Of a DNA stretch of 42,525 nucleotides, positions 1-8,444 are shown one piece after another; within the stretch, counting starts at the first letter, position 1, and each line of letters begins with the position of its first letter. The position numbers and the translations under genes were made by a program. The stretch is taken from the IMG/VR virus record IMGVR_UViG_3300038673_000449, positions 1-42,525 of that record, one strand, 5' to 3'. The notes beneath the pieces are model-generated. The model was not told the DNA's origin and made no database searches. It worked only from the letters and a program-made list of their open reading frames with translations. This DNA comes from a virus. Lineage: Duplodnaviria; Caudoviricetes.

Positions 1-73
1 GTCGCCTCGCTCCGCATAAAAGGAAGCCTATATGTGTCACCGCCCGGCCGCGGCTGCACCGCGAGCTAAAGAT

Positions 74-106
74 ATGACCCGCTGGGTGACAAGTCCAGCG
101 GGTCGT
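74..106 (-). terminator. Probable intrinsic terminator after 130..924
   Basis: Stem GACCCGCTGG / CCAGCGGGTC with a 9-nt loop, ~25 nt past the stop; short T run on minus strand. Confidence 0.6.
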
Positions 107-129
107 TATGCGAGAGATTATCATTGTAG

Positions 130-924
130 TTATTCGGCGGTTGGTTCTTCAGCTTCGATTTTGCCACTAGCGGCTTCAAGCAGTTTCTTCAACAGTGCTT
201 TAGCATCAGCGGTCTTGAGGCTGTCAATATCCTTGTCGCCAAGTTCAGCTTTCAACTGCTCACCAGTCTTATCTACAACCACTGTCTTAACGCCGCCTCC
301 TACACGCATGCCCTTCAGAGTTTCCTCAGCAGCTATGAGCTGAGCCCATCTCTCGTCCTCTTCAGTGAAGTCAGCCTTGCTCTTCATGATGGACTTCTTA
401 GACTGCACATTGCGGATTTCGCGCTTCAGCGCCTCCTGGTCATTCTTGAACACCTCAAGCTCCTCAGCTGTGTACTCGACTGAGCCTGACGCTCTGCGGT
501 AACCCATTGAAGATTTTGCTTTGCCCATAGCCTGACGGATTAACAGTTCAGACACGGCTCCAGCCATGAGATTTCTGTAGTTGTCAAGGGTCATAACTTT
601 GTTCTTGCTGCGGGAACGCTTTGACTGTTGGCTCTTCAGCATGCTGTTCAGCGTCTCCTCGTCGAGCTCTTTGAGGAACTCAGTCTCAACTGTGCTGAGG
701 TCCATCATGTTGTTGATAAGCGAATCCATCGCGTTGTGGTCGGTCTTTGAGTTTTCGAACTGCTCGCCGTAGGTCTCAGTGTTGGTGCTAATCTTGTTGA
801 TAAGTTCCTGCGAGATTGTGTTTGCAATGCTCGTAAGCTGAGCGGTTCCTGCGAGGCTTCTTGCACCCGTTGCGGTGCTTTCGTTTGTGTTCGCTGCGAA
901 CAAGTTATTCATTTTTTCAGACAT
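130..924 (-). CDS. Hypothetical helical protein (264 aa) with an internally repeated basic motif
   Basis: Long ORF, SD AAGGAG, own promoter; segments LKSQQSKRSRSKNK and IRNVQSKKSIMKSK. Confidence 0.85.
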   Translation of the reverse strand: MSEKMNNLFAANTNESTATGARSLAGTAQLTSIANTISQELINKISTNTETYGEQFENSKTDHNAMDSLINNMMDLSTVETEFLKELDEETLNSMLKSQQSKRSRSKNKVMTLDNYRNLMAGAVSELLIRQAMGKAKSSMGYRRASGSVEYTAEELEVFKNDQEALKREIRNVQSKKSIMKSKADFTEEDERWAQLIAAEETLKGMRVGGGVKTVVVDKTGEQLKAELGDKDIDSLKTADAKALLKKLLEAASGKIEAEEPTAE

Positions 925-1018
925 GGTAGTCTCCTTTTCTCCGCTTCATCCAAGCGGCTGCCACACTTCGCAGTGGCCAGCTTATTTGGTTAAGAGCTTC
1001 GTTCTTAACTCTATATTT

Positions 1019-1047
1019 ATTATACCATGGAATCATGCGGCTGTACA
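1019..1047 (-). promoter_or_regulatory. SigA-type promoter
   Basis: TGTACA-17 bp-TATAAT with extended TG. Confidence 0.75.
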
Positions 1048-1141
1048 TATGTTATTTTAATTTGATGCGGTAGCCGCGTGGTTTGTTTCCCGTCATGATA
1101 TAACCACTAGAGTCGTCACTCAGTTTCTTAACTCTAATATA

Positions 1142-1172
1142 ATTATAACACGAAACTTGTAGTTTGTGTCCA
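1142..1172 (-). promoter_or_regulatory. Extended -10 promoter in tandem with the previous one
   Basis: TGTTATAAT, TGGACA 19 bp upstream, same downstream AGAGTTAAG as promoters at 1019 and 8381. Confidence 0.55.
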
Positions 1173-1411
1173 GTTTTAGAAAAATTATTTACCGGCTGCG
1201 TCAAACATTTAGATTCAACTCTGCACGGCCGCGGCGGCACTTAATAGTAGGTAGCTTTGCCTCAGCGCGCCAGCGCCGGGCTATCTACTAGTTCGTGGAC
1301 AAGCTCAGCGGGCGGAAGCAATGCGGCCACGGTCGGACGGTCCTTAGTGGCGCTGCACAGCCGCAGTCAGTCAATGCAGTGCTTCAGCCGCGGCGGCCAC
1401 ATACAACCTGT

Positions 1412-1735
1412 GTCGCTTCGCATCGCATAAAAGCACTGAGCCTCACATATCCGCGGAGCGAGGCGGCGCTGCATAAAAGCACGGCCCGGCGTCATCTCAC
1501 CTGTGCTTCATCGCTGCCGCGCCAAGTCGACCCAGCGGAAAATCTTGGCTATCTGGTCTGTAGTGCACCGCCGTGTAACTACAAACGGGCATTACCACGC
1601 GTCGCCGCATAAAAGCTCGTGAGGATGCTTTCTCGCCCGGCCGAGGCTGCGCTACATCTTAAAGCTGATTGGAAACATGGCCGCGGCGCCGGTGTATCTA
1701 CAAAGCTATTGGACCTAGCGCGGCGTCAGGCCAGA
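1412..1735. repeat. Degenerate GC-rich repeat array built around (C)GCATAAAAG; a further copy at 1-71
   Basis: GCATAAAAG at 14, 1425, 1471, 1607; 13-71 aligns with 1606-1664; ~40-nt imperfect tandem pair at 1657-1735. Confidence 0.7.
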
Positions 1736-2007
1736 CGATTTGGGCTGAGAGTTTTGATATCCGTTATAATTATGTATTGCAATAGAATGAATAACATCCA
1801 GTTCTTTCCTTCTGTTCATAATAAGAAATAATATATATATAGTATATGTAAGGTATATAGTATTATTGGTATATTATATTATTAACTGTTTATTTATGTA
1901 TTTTAATTCTTTTCAGTCTTTAGTGTAATCTGTTTGTAGTGTCCACAACCAACTCTTGTGTAGATTGTTTCTTGAGCCTCTCCATTTTCTCAACCTCCTC
2001 AACGTTT

Positions 2008-2235
2008 TGTATTTAATTGTTGTTTGGGTATTTTGGGTATATTTGTATTTAATTTTTAAGGGCGAGGGGTCGAGGATTTTAATTTTTTAATTTATCTACT
2101 CCACACTAGATAGCTTATAGTTCTATATTACTAACAATTCAATCAGTTATTATATAATTTATTTTTATTATATAGTCCCCCGGTCGTGGTAAAATACCCA
2201 AAGCACCCAAGGGACTCAAACAACATATAAATACA
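2008..2235. repeat. Imperfect inverted repeat in an AT-rich non-coding region
   Basis: TGTATTTAATTGTTGTTTGGGTATTTTGGGTA (2008-2039) resembles the reverse complement of 2191-2235. Confidence 0.6.
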
Positions 2236-2324
2236 CTATATATACACTTATATACAAACTCAATATTGCTATCAGCTATTAAATTGTACACTTTAGCGTA
2301 TAATATAATTAGGAGGTGAATAAT

Positions 2325-2585
2325 ATGCAAAGATTATATAGCAATCAGTCAAAGCATTGTGACTGGTGTGGCAGTAACTTCATAGTAGTTAAAGGACGTC
2401 AATCAGATATGTGTCCTATCTGTTTCGCAAGATTGAAGTCGTATCAAGACGCTAAGCAGCTTGTAGATAAGACTATCAAGCAAGCAGAAGAGGCAAAGAA
2501 GTGCTTAGCTGATATTACAAATCAGTACAAAGAATTAGCATCGCAGGGCTTCAAAGTACCTGAAGAATTGGAGGGATTGAAATGA
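2325..2585 (+). CDS. Small zinc-ribbon plus coiled-coil protein
   Basis: CDWC...CPIC; SD AGGAGGT favours ATG at 2325. Confidence 0.8.
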   Translation: MQRLYSNQSKHCDWCGSNFIVVKGRQSDMCPICFARLKSYQDAKQLVDKTIKQAEEAKKCLADITNQYKELASQGFKVPEELEGLK

Positions 2586-3142
2586 ATAAGAGATGCAAGC
2601 AGTGCACTAAAGTATTACCAGATACTGATGAATATTTCAGAGCCTATACTCCTCGTGGAAAGGGCTTACGCAAGTCTACAGTCGGTCGTAATACTGTTTG
2701 TAGAGAATGTGAAAAGATTAACAACACAGGTACAAGGATTTGGAAGCTAGCAAACAAGTCACCTAAAGAGACTGAGTTCCTTGAGAAGTTAGCAGACTAC
2801 TACAAGGCTCTTGTAGATAAAGGTGGCGCGCCAATAGGGGCTTATGCTAAACATGTGTTGGAAGGCGCGGAGGCGATGACAGACAGTTCTGCGACATCGC
2901 TGGATAACATCCTGCAAAGTATATCAGTTGAGCTTGAGAGCCGCGATGCGGTGATGATGGAGTACGACAGATTATTGAAGATTGAGCTGGTTGACGAACC
3001 TGACGTATACCAGGACATGCTTGACAAGGTACGCGAGCAGTCGCTAAGAGCTGATGGGCGTGTGACAGAGAAGTACAAGAAGAAGTTTGACGCTGTGGCG
3101 ACGCGCTTCGACGAGTACGAAGACAACTATGAGTGGGACTAA
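2582..3142 (+). CDS. Zinc-finger protein, paralogue of 5993..6556
   Basis: CKQC...CREC; coupled to the upstream gene; shares N- and C-terminal motifs with 5993..6556. Confidence 0.85.
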   Translation: MNKRCKQCTKVLPDTDEYFRAYTPRGKGLRKSTVGRNTVCRECEKINNTGTRIWKLANKSPKETEFLEKLADYYKALVDKGGAPIGAYAKHVLEGAEAMTDSSATSLDNILQSISVELESRDAVMMEYDRLLKIELVDEPDVYQDMLDKVREQSLRADGRVTEKYKKKFDAVATRFDEYEDNYEWD

Positions 3143-3165
3143 TAACTACATCTGAACATAAATAA

Positions 3166-3186
3166 GGGACTGCCAATGGCAGTCCC
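3166..3186. terminator. Hairpin between convergent genes, probable bidirectional terminator
   Basis: GGGACTGCC-AAT-GGCAGTCCC between stops at 3142 and 3193. Confidence 0.75.
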
Positions 3187-3192
3187 CTAACT

Positions 3193-3456
3193 TTATTCAT
3201 GCTTGAGGCTTATTCGCTGGTTGACTTCTTCAATCATTCCTTGTGTGAATCCATCTGATATTTCACAGATGATGCCCAGCAAGCACTTATCCTGAAGCTC
3301 TTGTAGTTCATCAGGGCCTCGCTGATGTGCCTCAGTAGCATAGAATCTTTGCCAGCGCTCAAGCAGGCTTTGCGTTCTATCTACAAATAGGTCAAACACC
3401 GGGTTCAAGTCTTTCACCTCCTCATCATTGAGATTGGTTACTTTTTGTTCGTTCAT
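3193..3456 (-). CDS. Hypothetical protein
   Basis: SD AGGAGG; overlaps upstream gene. Confidence 0.75.
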   Translation of the reverse strand: MNEQKVTNLNDEEVKDLNPVFDLFVDRTQSLLERWQRFYATEAHQRGPDELQELQDKCLLGIICEISDGFTQGMIEEVNQRISLKHE

Positions 3457-4213
3457 TGCTAACCTCCTGTTCTATGAAATCTGAATACGTTTCTGTAGTG
3501 TCGCAAGGCCTCTTATCATAGGTCTTACATTCAGCCGGGTCCATTGGACAATGCTTGCAGACATGACTTGTAGTGTCTCTGGTTCGCTTCATCTCCCTGA
3601 AGAACTCTTTGTCAGGCCACAACACCTTGCCATCTACAGAACACTTAGGGTCTGAGGTGCGCTCGCAAGCGGATTCCTCAGGGCTGAACATCATGTTTAG
3701 GCGGCACATCGTCTTCTTACAGCTGTCATTCTTGAGTGGGTCACACTTGAACCAAATCTTCGGCTCCCAGTCTGGTGTAGGATTATGAGGGTCATACACA
3801 TGACGGGCAACTGTCTCAGTGGAGGCGGGCTCACAGTGCTGCTGGAATGCTTTGCCGAAGTTTTCAAATGCTTGAATTATATGGCCGAATGCATCACTTA
3901 ATGAAGTGGTCTCTGGCCTCCATGAACCATCTTTCAATGCTTTTGCACCCTTATGGCAAACGGTCGGCTTTGTAGTTTCTTGGCCCCACTTCAGCTCGTC
4001 GATTGTGATAGTACTCGTCGCTATTCTCATGGCAAACTTAACGCGGCGGCGAGGATGTGTTTTGCCACAGTAATGACAGTACCAAGAACCGCGTACATGA
4101 TGATAAGCAGATGATATGTGCTCAGTCACCCAAGACCCGATGCTATTAAAGAAGTAACAAATATGTGCCGCCGCACCACCTACATAATATTTGAAGAATG
4201 AATAGTTTTTCAT
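3425..4213 (-). CDS. Cys-rich hypothetical protein
   Basis: 262-aa ORF, ATGA overlap, several Cys clusters. Confidence 0.75.
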   Translation of the reverse strand: MKNYSFFKYYVGGAAAHICYFFNSIGSWVTEHISSAYHHVRGSWYCHYCGKTHPRRRVKFAMRIATSTITIDELKWGQETTKPTVCHKGAKALKDGSWRPETTSLSDAFGHIIQAFENFGKAFQQHCEPASTETVARHVYDPHNPTPDWEPKIWFKCDPLKNDSCKKTMCRLNMMFSPEESACERTSDPKCSVDGKVLWPDKEFFREMKRTRDTTSHVCKHCPMDPAECKTYDKRPCDTTETYSDFIEQEVSNERTKSNQSQ

Positions 4214-5298
4214 AGTCTCAGCTCCTCCATGATTTCATTGAATTGTTCTTGCTGCTCTTCAGTCAAGTTATCCTCTACAGATTCGAACCATTGCTGAAGC
4301 TTATCAAGCGGGTCGATGGAATCCGACTCTGGCTCCTCGTATGCTGAACTCCTTGTTATGAGGTTCTTGTAGTTACTACTGACTATGACAGCCTTGTAAC
4401 CTGCAGGTACTTTATCAGCTTCTTCCTGAGTTGTCACTGGAACTGCGCGCGGCCCGTGGACGAGGCGGAACTTCTCAAAAGCATCGTCTGATAGTTTAGT
4501 TGCTTGACTGTACCATGTCATATCACTGAGGTAAGATACATCTGCCAGGCCTTGCTCTACAAACTCGATTGCTCTTGGATTGTTCATCCAGAACTTGGAA
4601 GCCAACCAGCGGAGGTCCCAATCTGATGCTAACTTACGGTCTCTGTCAAGCTTAAGCTCACCTGGCTTGAAGTTGTAACCGAACTTATATGGGTCATACT
4701 TGCAGACATATAGACCGTTGACGAATACTAAACCTGCATGTTTAGCTGCACTCAGCGCTTGGCCATATTCGTTCTCAGCTTCAATCTTTACATCTGACTG
4801 TAAGTGAAGATTGGCTGGGACTACTTGCTCAAACCATTCTTCATCAGTTAGACCTGTCACTTCAATAGTCAAGTCATTGTCCGGCACCTTAGTCCAAGGA
4901 TATTCTTTGTCAATGAAGAACGTCAGTATGTCAGTGCCGAAGCGTCGAGACTTTACAAATCTTGGTCGCCAGACTTCACGCAGACCATAATTGTAGATAG
5001 TCACTTGCTTAGCATTCCGAAGCAATACAAGAGTTGCTATCTTGTATCCCTCACCGAACTGACCAATAGTCTTACTATCTGAACTCTTTGACGATGTGCC
5101 TAACAGTAGTGTCTTAGCTGTTAGCGTCGACTGTTTGTTACATATTTTGAATGTACCATTATCATAGGACCAAGAAGCCTTGTTATCAGGTACTTGCACT
5201 TCTTGGTCTAAGGCGTTCTGGAACAGCTCTCGTATAGCATCTACAATGGTCCAGGATGGCACATAGTCGCTTGCCAGTGATAATTCAATCTTGCTCAT
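4210..5298 (-). CDS. GHKL (HATPase_c-like) ATP-binding protein
   Basis: RELFQNALD N-box and IGQFGEGYK G-box. Confidence 0.8.
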   Translation of the reverse strand: MSKIELSLASDYVPSWTIVDAIRELFQNALDQEVQVPDNKASWSYDNGTFKICNKQSTLTAKTLLLGTSSKSSDSKTIGQFGEGYKIATLVLLRNAKQVTIYNYGLREVWRPRFVKSRRFGTDILTFFIDKEYPWTKVPDNDLTIEVTGLTDEEWFEQVVPANLHLQSDVKIEAENEYGQALSAAKHAGLVFVNGLYVCKYDPYKFGYNFKPGELKLDRDRKLASDWDLRWLASKFWMNNPRAIEFVEQGLADVSYLSDMTWYSQATKLSDDAFEKFRLVHGPRAVPVTTQEEADKVPAGYKAVIVSSNYKNLITRSSAYEEPESDSIDPLDKLQQWFESVEDNLTEEQQEQFNEIMEELRL

Positions 5299-5440
5299 TA
5301 TTCTCTACCTCCTCAGGTGCTAGTTTACATTGACCATTGCAACCCTCATATGGGCACTTGCCTTTGGTCGTACAATATTCAACTGATGGAGCGGACGAGT
5401 AACAATACCGTCCGCATTCCATACAAATGTACCGATTCAA
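5285..5440 (-). CDS. Small Cys-rich protein (51 aa), absent from the ORF track
   Basis: TTG start overlapping upstream TGA; MNRYICMECGRYCYS...CPYEGCNGQC; fills the intergenic gap. Confidence 0.65.
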   Translation of the reverse strand: MNRYICMECGRYCYSSAPSVEYCTTKGKCPYEGCNGQCKLAPEEVENNEQD

Positions 5441-5736
5441 TCTGTATTCACCCTTCCGCTAAAGCTCCTGTTTGATACAGAGCACGTGGCGCCGAAGTGA
5501 CTATAACCACGGTCGACTAACAAGATAATCTCAGTCGAAGTAGGTTCATGACCTAAAAGCTCTACAAGCTTGTCAGATACTCGACCAGAGAACTTGTAAT
5601 GTGCATAGCTTGAGGTCTGTCTGAAGTCTTCAAACCAGTCACTTCTTGTAGTTCCCTTAACCTTCTCAAACAGTTCTTTGCAAGTTGCTGACATCTTAGC
5701 AGCTTCTTCAATTGTGTATTCCGTTACAGCTTTCAT
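5437..5736 (-). CDS. Hypothetical protein
   Basis: ORF with SD GGGAG. Confidence 0.75.
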   Translation of the reverse strand: MKAVTEYTIEEAAKMSATCKELFEKVKGTTRSDWFEDFRQTSSYAHYKFSGRVSDKLVELLGHEPTSTEIILLVDRGYSHFGATCSVSNRSFSGRVNTD

Positions 5737-5823
5737 ATTAGAACTCTCCCTTCAATACATTATTGTAGCTATCAAGCAGAGACTGCGCATGTTATATCTG
5801 TGTACACATGCACGATACTTCTC

Positions 5824-6009
5824 TCAGTTATTTGTACTGCAATCTTCCGAAACATGTGTCACCTCCGTTATCAGCACCCATGCATTCCATGAACTGTATG
5901 TAGGATTGGGTTTCAGATTCTTTGAGACAACCTCAGCCCATGATATAAACAGCCATAGCATGAACAGGCAACTAATTAGGCATAAGCCTCTTTCAATTAT
6001 CTTGCGCAT
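5824..6009 (-). CDS. Small membrane protein
   Basis: Probable start MRKIIERG after GAGG; hydrophobic segment LCLISCLFMLWLFISW. Confidence 0.65.
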   Translation of the reverse strand: MRKIIERGLCLISCLFMLWLFISWAEVVSKNLKPNPTYSSWNAWVLITEVTHVSEDCSTNN

Positions 6010-6556
6010 AATAGTCATCCTCATATTTGTAGAATCTCTCAAGTATCTTATCCAAGATACCTGAATAGGTCTCGTCATATACTGGCATCATAGCACGTTC
6101 ATCAATGCGCAATACAGGTTTATAAGCTTCCTTAAGTCCGTCATAGATGTCGTTCAAATAATAGTCTGGGTCGTCTGTCAAATCTTCTGTCAACCACTTT
6201 AACAAGTCAGGCGGTGCGGTCAAGGCTTCTTCAGCAACTGACCCAAGCAGCTGAGAACGTTCCTTGTAGGTGTCCATCATTTCCAAGACAGTATCTACAA
6301 CCGGTTTCTGGCCTCTTACTGTGGTGCGCGGCGGCTGATAGCCTAATGTTCGTTGAGTTTCCCACAGCTGATATATTGACTGAAGTTCAGCTTTCTCCTT
6401 ATCGTTTAGCTCTGACTTGCCCTCGAGATACTTCACTCGAGAATTGATTTTCTCACAAGTCTTGCAAATGGTGTAAGTGCCTTTGCGTCCGCCATAGTAA
6501 TTACGGAACTGTTCAAGTGGCTTAATCACACCACATTGCTTGCATGTCTTTGTCAT
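5993..6556 (-). CDS. Zinc-finger protein, paralogue of 2582..3142
   Basis: CKQC..KP...F...CKTCEKIN; C-terminal RFYKYEDDY. Confidence 0.85.
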   Translation of the reverse strand: MTKTCKQCGVIKPLEQFRNYYGGRKGTYTICKTCEKINSRVKYLEGKSELNDKEKAELQSIYQLWETQRTLGYQPPRTTVRGQKPVVDTVLEMMDTYKERSQLLGSVAEEALTAPPDLLKWLTEDLTDDPDYYLNDIYDGLKEAYKPVLRIDERAMMPVYDETYSGILDKILERFYKYEDDYYAQDN

Positions 6557-6567
6557 ATACTAGCCTC

Positions 6568-6954
6568 CTATTTGAGCACTGATTCTTTTGCTACTTTCAT
6601 AGCCAACGCTGCAGGATACCCTTCGTTTACTAACTGATTGTAAACGCGGTTGTATTCATCTAGTGCCCATTTAATCATATCCTTTGGATTTACTTTCGGT
6701 GTGTCCTCAATATCAGGTACTGTCTGGCTTTTATAAGCCATGTTACGCATGCATGCTTGTGTCTTACGAATTAGACAACCCTCTTCAACTACAAGCGGCA
6801 TGTTGTGCAGAACACACACGAAACCATCCTTTCCAAGATTTGTGCAGAACCTGCAGCGTTGGTCTGCTGGAAATCCTTTGTGCTTTTCAAATCGCAAGTT
6901 ACAGTGGCAGCCTTCAGAAACTTTGTAGGTCACTGTGGTTTCAATTTTCTTCAT
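6568..6954 (-). CDS. Cys-containing hypothetical protein
   Basis: SD GGAGG before MKKIETT; CRFC. Confidence 0.75.
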   Translation of the reverse strand: MKKIETTVTYKVSEGCHCNLRFEKHKGFPADQRCRFCTNLGKDGFVCVLHNMPLVVEEGCLIRKTQACMRNMAYKSQTVPDIEDTPKVNPKDMIKWALDEYNRVYNQLVNEGYPAALAMKVAKESVLK

Positions 6955-7415
6955 AGGCTTGCCTCCTCTGCATATTCCCAATGATAGCCCTTACACTTCA
7001 TGCCTGTTTTGCAAGCTCGACGTATATTAGAGCTATTGGAAAGCTGCATAAATCTGGAAGCTTCCTGCAATGAACGAAAGGTATTAACAACAGTTCCGTC
7101 TAGAATCTGATTTACTGCTTTGCCATTTTCAATTGTTTGATGCTCTATTTGATTGCACCATTCAAGATTTGAAACAGCGTTATTTTGCTTATTTCCATCT
7201 TTATGATGTATTTGGTCTTTACCTTCTAAATTATCCAAGAATGCTTCAGCCACTAGTCTATGAACTAGTTTGTTGTATTTGCCATGAAGTCTAACGTGCA
7301 AGTAACCACTTCCACAATCACCTTGGCTTAGAATCAGACCTGTTTCGTTATTCTTAACTAAACCTGATTCACTAACACTATACAGCTCGAAGCCAATTAC
7401 AGTTCTCCATTGCAT
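6951..7415 (-). CDS. HNH homing endonuclease (NUMOD4-HNH-NUMOD1 architecture)
   Basis: W....F..YSVS..G; VHRLVAEAF; HKDGNKQNN..SNLEWC; C-terminal FRSLQEASR...GYHW. Confidence 0.9.
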   Translation of the reverse strand: MQWRTVIGFELYSVSESGLVKNNETGLILSQGDCGSGYLHVRLHGKYNKLVHRLVAEAFLDNLEGKDQIHHKDGNKQNNAVSNLEWCNQIEHQTIENGKAVNQILDGTVVNTFRSLQEASRFMQLSNSSNIRRACKTGMKCKGYHWEYAEEASL

Positions 7416-7684
7416 GTAATCACTCCTTTCACTAAGCAAGCCATATAGCGTCTTGCCATTTCTTTTTCTACAACCTTCACAAGAGTTGGAAGGTAGACCT
7501 TGCGGTACGTTGTTGGATTTATGCACATAGTGCCCTGGTCAATCATCTTATTTACTTTGCGACAGAATGCATGTGCATAACCTGTTGCTGGAACGACTTG
7601 ACTGTGAATCTCATTGTAGATGTCCATCAAGTCACCGTCTGAAGTCTTCTCAAGAAGTTGTTCAAGTGTCATCATATTTTTCAC
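7397..7684 (-). CDS. Hypothetical protein
   Basis: SD AGGAG; overlapping stop/start. Confidence 0.75.
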   Translation of the reverse strand: MKNMMTLEQLLEKTSDGDLMDIYNEIHSQVVPATGYAHAFCRKVNKMIDQGTMCINPTTYRKVYLPTLVKVVEKEMARRYMACLVKGVITCNGEL

Positions 7685-8085
7685 CTCCTTACTATGCCAA
7701 TGTCCTGTGGGTTAATCTCTTCAGCTTCATCGTTGAATAACTGCTCAGCATCTTCTTTGCTAATATTACTTATCATAGAGTAGTCATGAATACCACACTC
7801 TCTTGAGCAATACAAACCACCACCAGCTGCCCAGATTGTGTCGCATGTTCCTAAATCAATATCACATGCAGCGCACATATCGGTGCTATGTTCATCAACA
7901 ACTCGCGGACCTTTCACAAGTCCGTTAGCATCATATTCATGTTGGTCAGTTACTACAAGCTCTACGTTGCACTTACAACAATTTATTGTAGTGCTTTCAA
8001 ATCCTGCATTCTCTGAGGTAAAGTTAACCTCAACTCGTTGTTCAGTGCCACATTCAGGACACACCGTTTTAATCATACCATTCAT
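7681..8085 (-). CDS. Multi-zinc-ribbon hypothetical protein
   Basis: CPEC, CCKC, CAAC, CSREC. Confidence 0.75.
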   Translation of the reverse strand: MNGMIKTVCPECGTEQRVEVNFTSENAGFESTTINCCKCNVELVVTDQHEYDANGLVKGPRVVDEHSTDMCAACDIDLGTCDTIWAAGGGLYCSRECGIHDYSMISNISKEDAEQLFNDEAEEINPQDIGIVRR

Positions 8086-8288
8086 TTACGTCCCCTACCT
8101 TTCTTCATTTCAGATTCGCGAATGCGAGTAACTTTATAGCATTCTTTGCAATCGCGTCTGTATTTTATGTTGCCATGATTGTCTTTACCATCCTTGTAGA
8201 AATCTTCTACAGGTTTGAGTTCGCCACATGTTCCGCAAACTCGGTGGGTCTCTGTGTCAGATACAAACATTTCTTTTATGCTCATCAA
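8082..8288 (-). CDS. Small zinc-finger protein
   Basis: CGTC..LKP..DF...CKEC; first gene after the promoter at 8381. Confidence 0.75.
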   Translation of the reverse strand: MMSIKEMFVSDTETHRVCGTCGELKPVEDFYKDGKDNHGNIKYRRDCKECYKVTRIRESEMKKGRGRK

Positions 8289-8380
8289 ATTGAACCCCCT
8301 TTAAGCTGCCAGCCCAACGGGCCACCATGCCAAGCTGGCATAATCTGAATCATTACTGCAGTGACCTTAACTCTTATATT

Positions 8381-8409
8381 ATTATATCACGAAAGAACGC
8401 GGTCGTACA
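8381..8409 (-). promoter_or_regulatory. SigA-type promoter
   Basis: TGTACG-17-TATAAT with extended TG. Confidence 0.75.
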
Positions 8410-8444
8410 TAGGTTAGGAAAGAAACGGTGAAGTAACTACACAG

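Noticed and set aside
1412-1735. CRISPR or mini-CRISPR array
   Set aside because: Repeats are too degenerate and irregularly spaced, inserts are only ~18 nt, and no cas genes are present; kept only as a generic repeat family
1295-1831. Plus-strand ORFs 1295..1612 and 1619..1831, and other antisense ORFs in the track
   Set aside because: No ribosome-binding sites; they overlap repeats or well-supported minus-strand genes and have atypical composition
5752-5855. Possible frameshifted micro-ORF at a GAGAGA run
   Set aside because: An SD and ATG exist, but only 27 codons follow; a frameshift cannot be supported without homologues or reads
6951-7415. HNH genes (also 28188..28661) as intron-encoded endonucleases
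   Set aside because: Both overlap intact neighbouring ORFs with no room for intron core sequence; treated as free-standing
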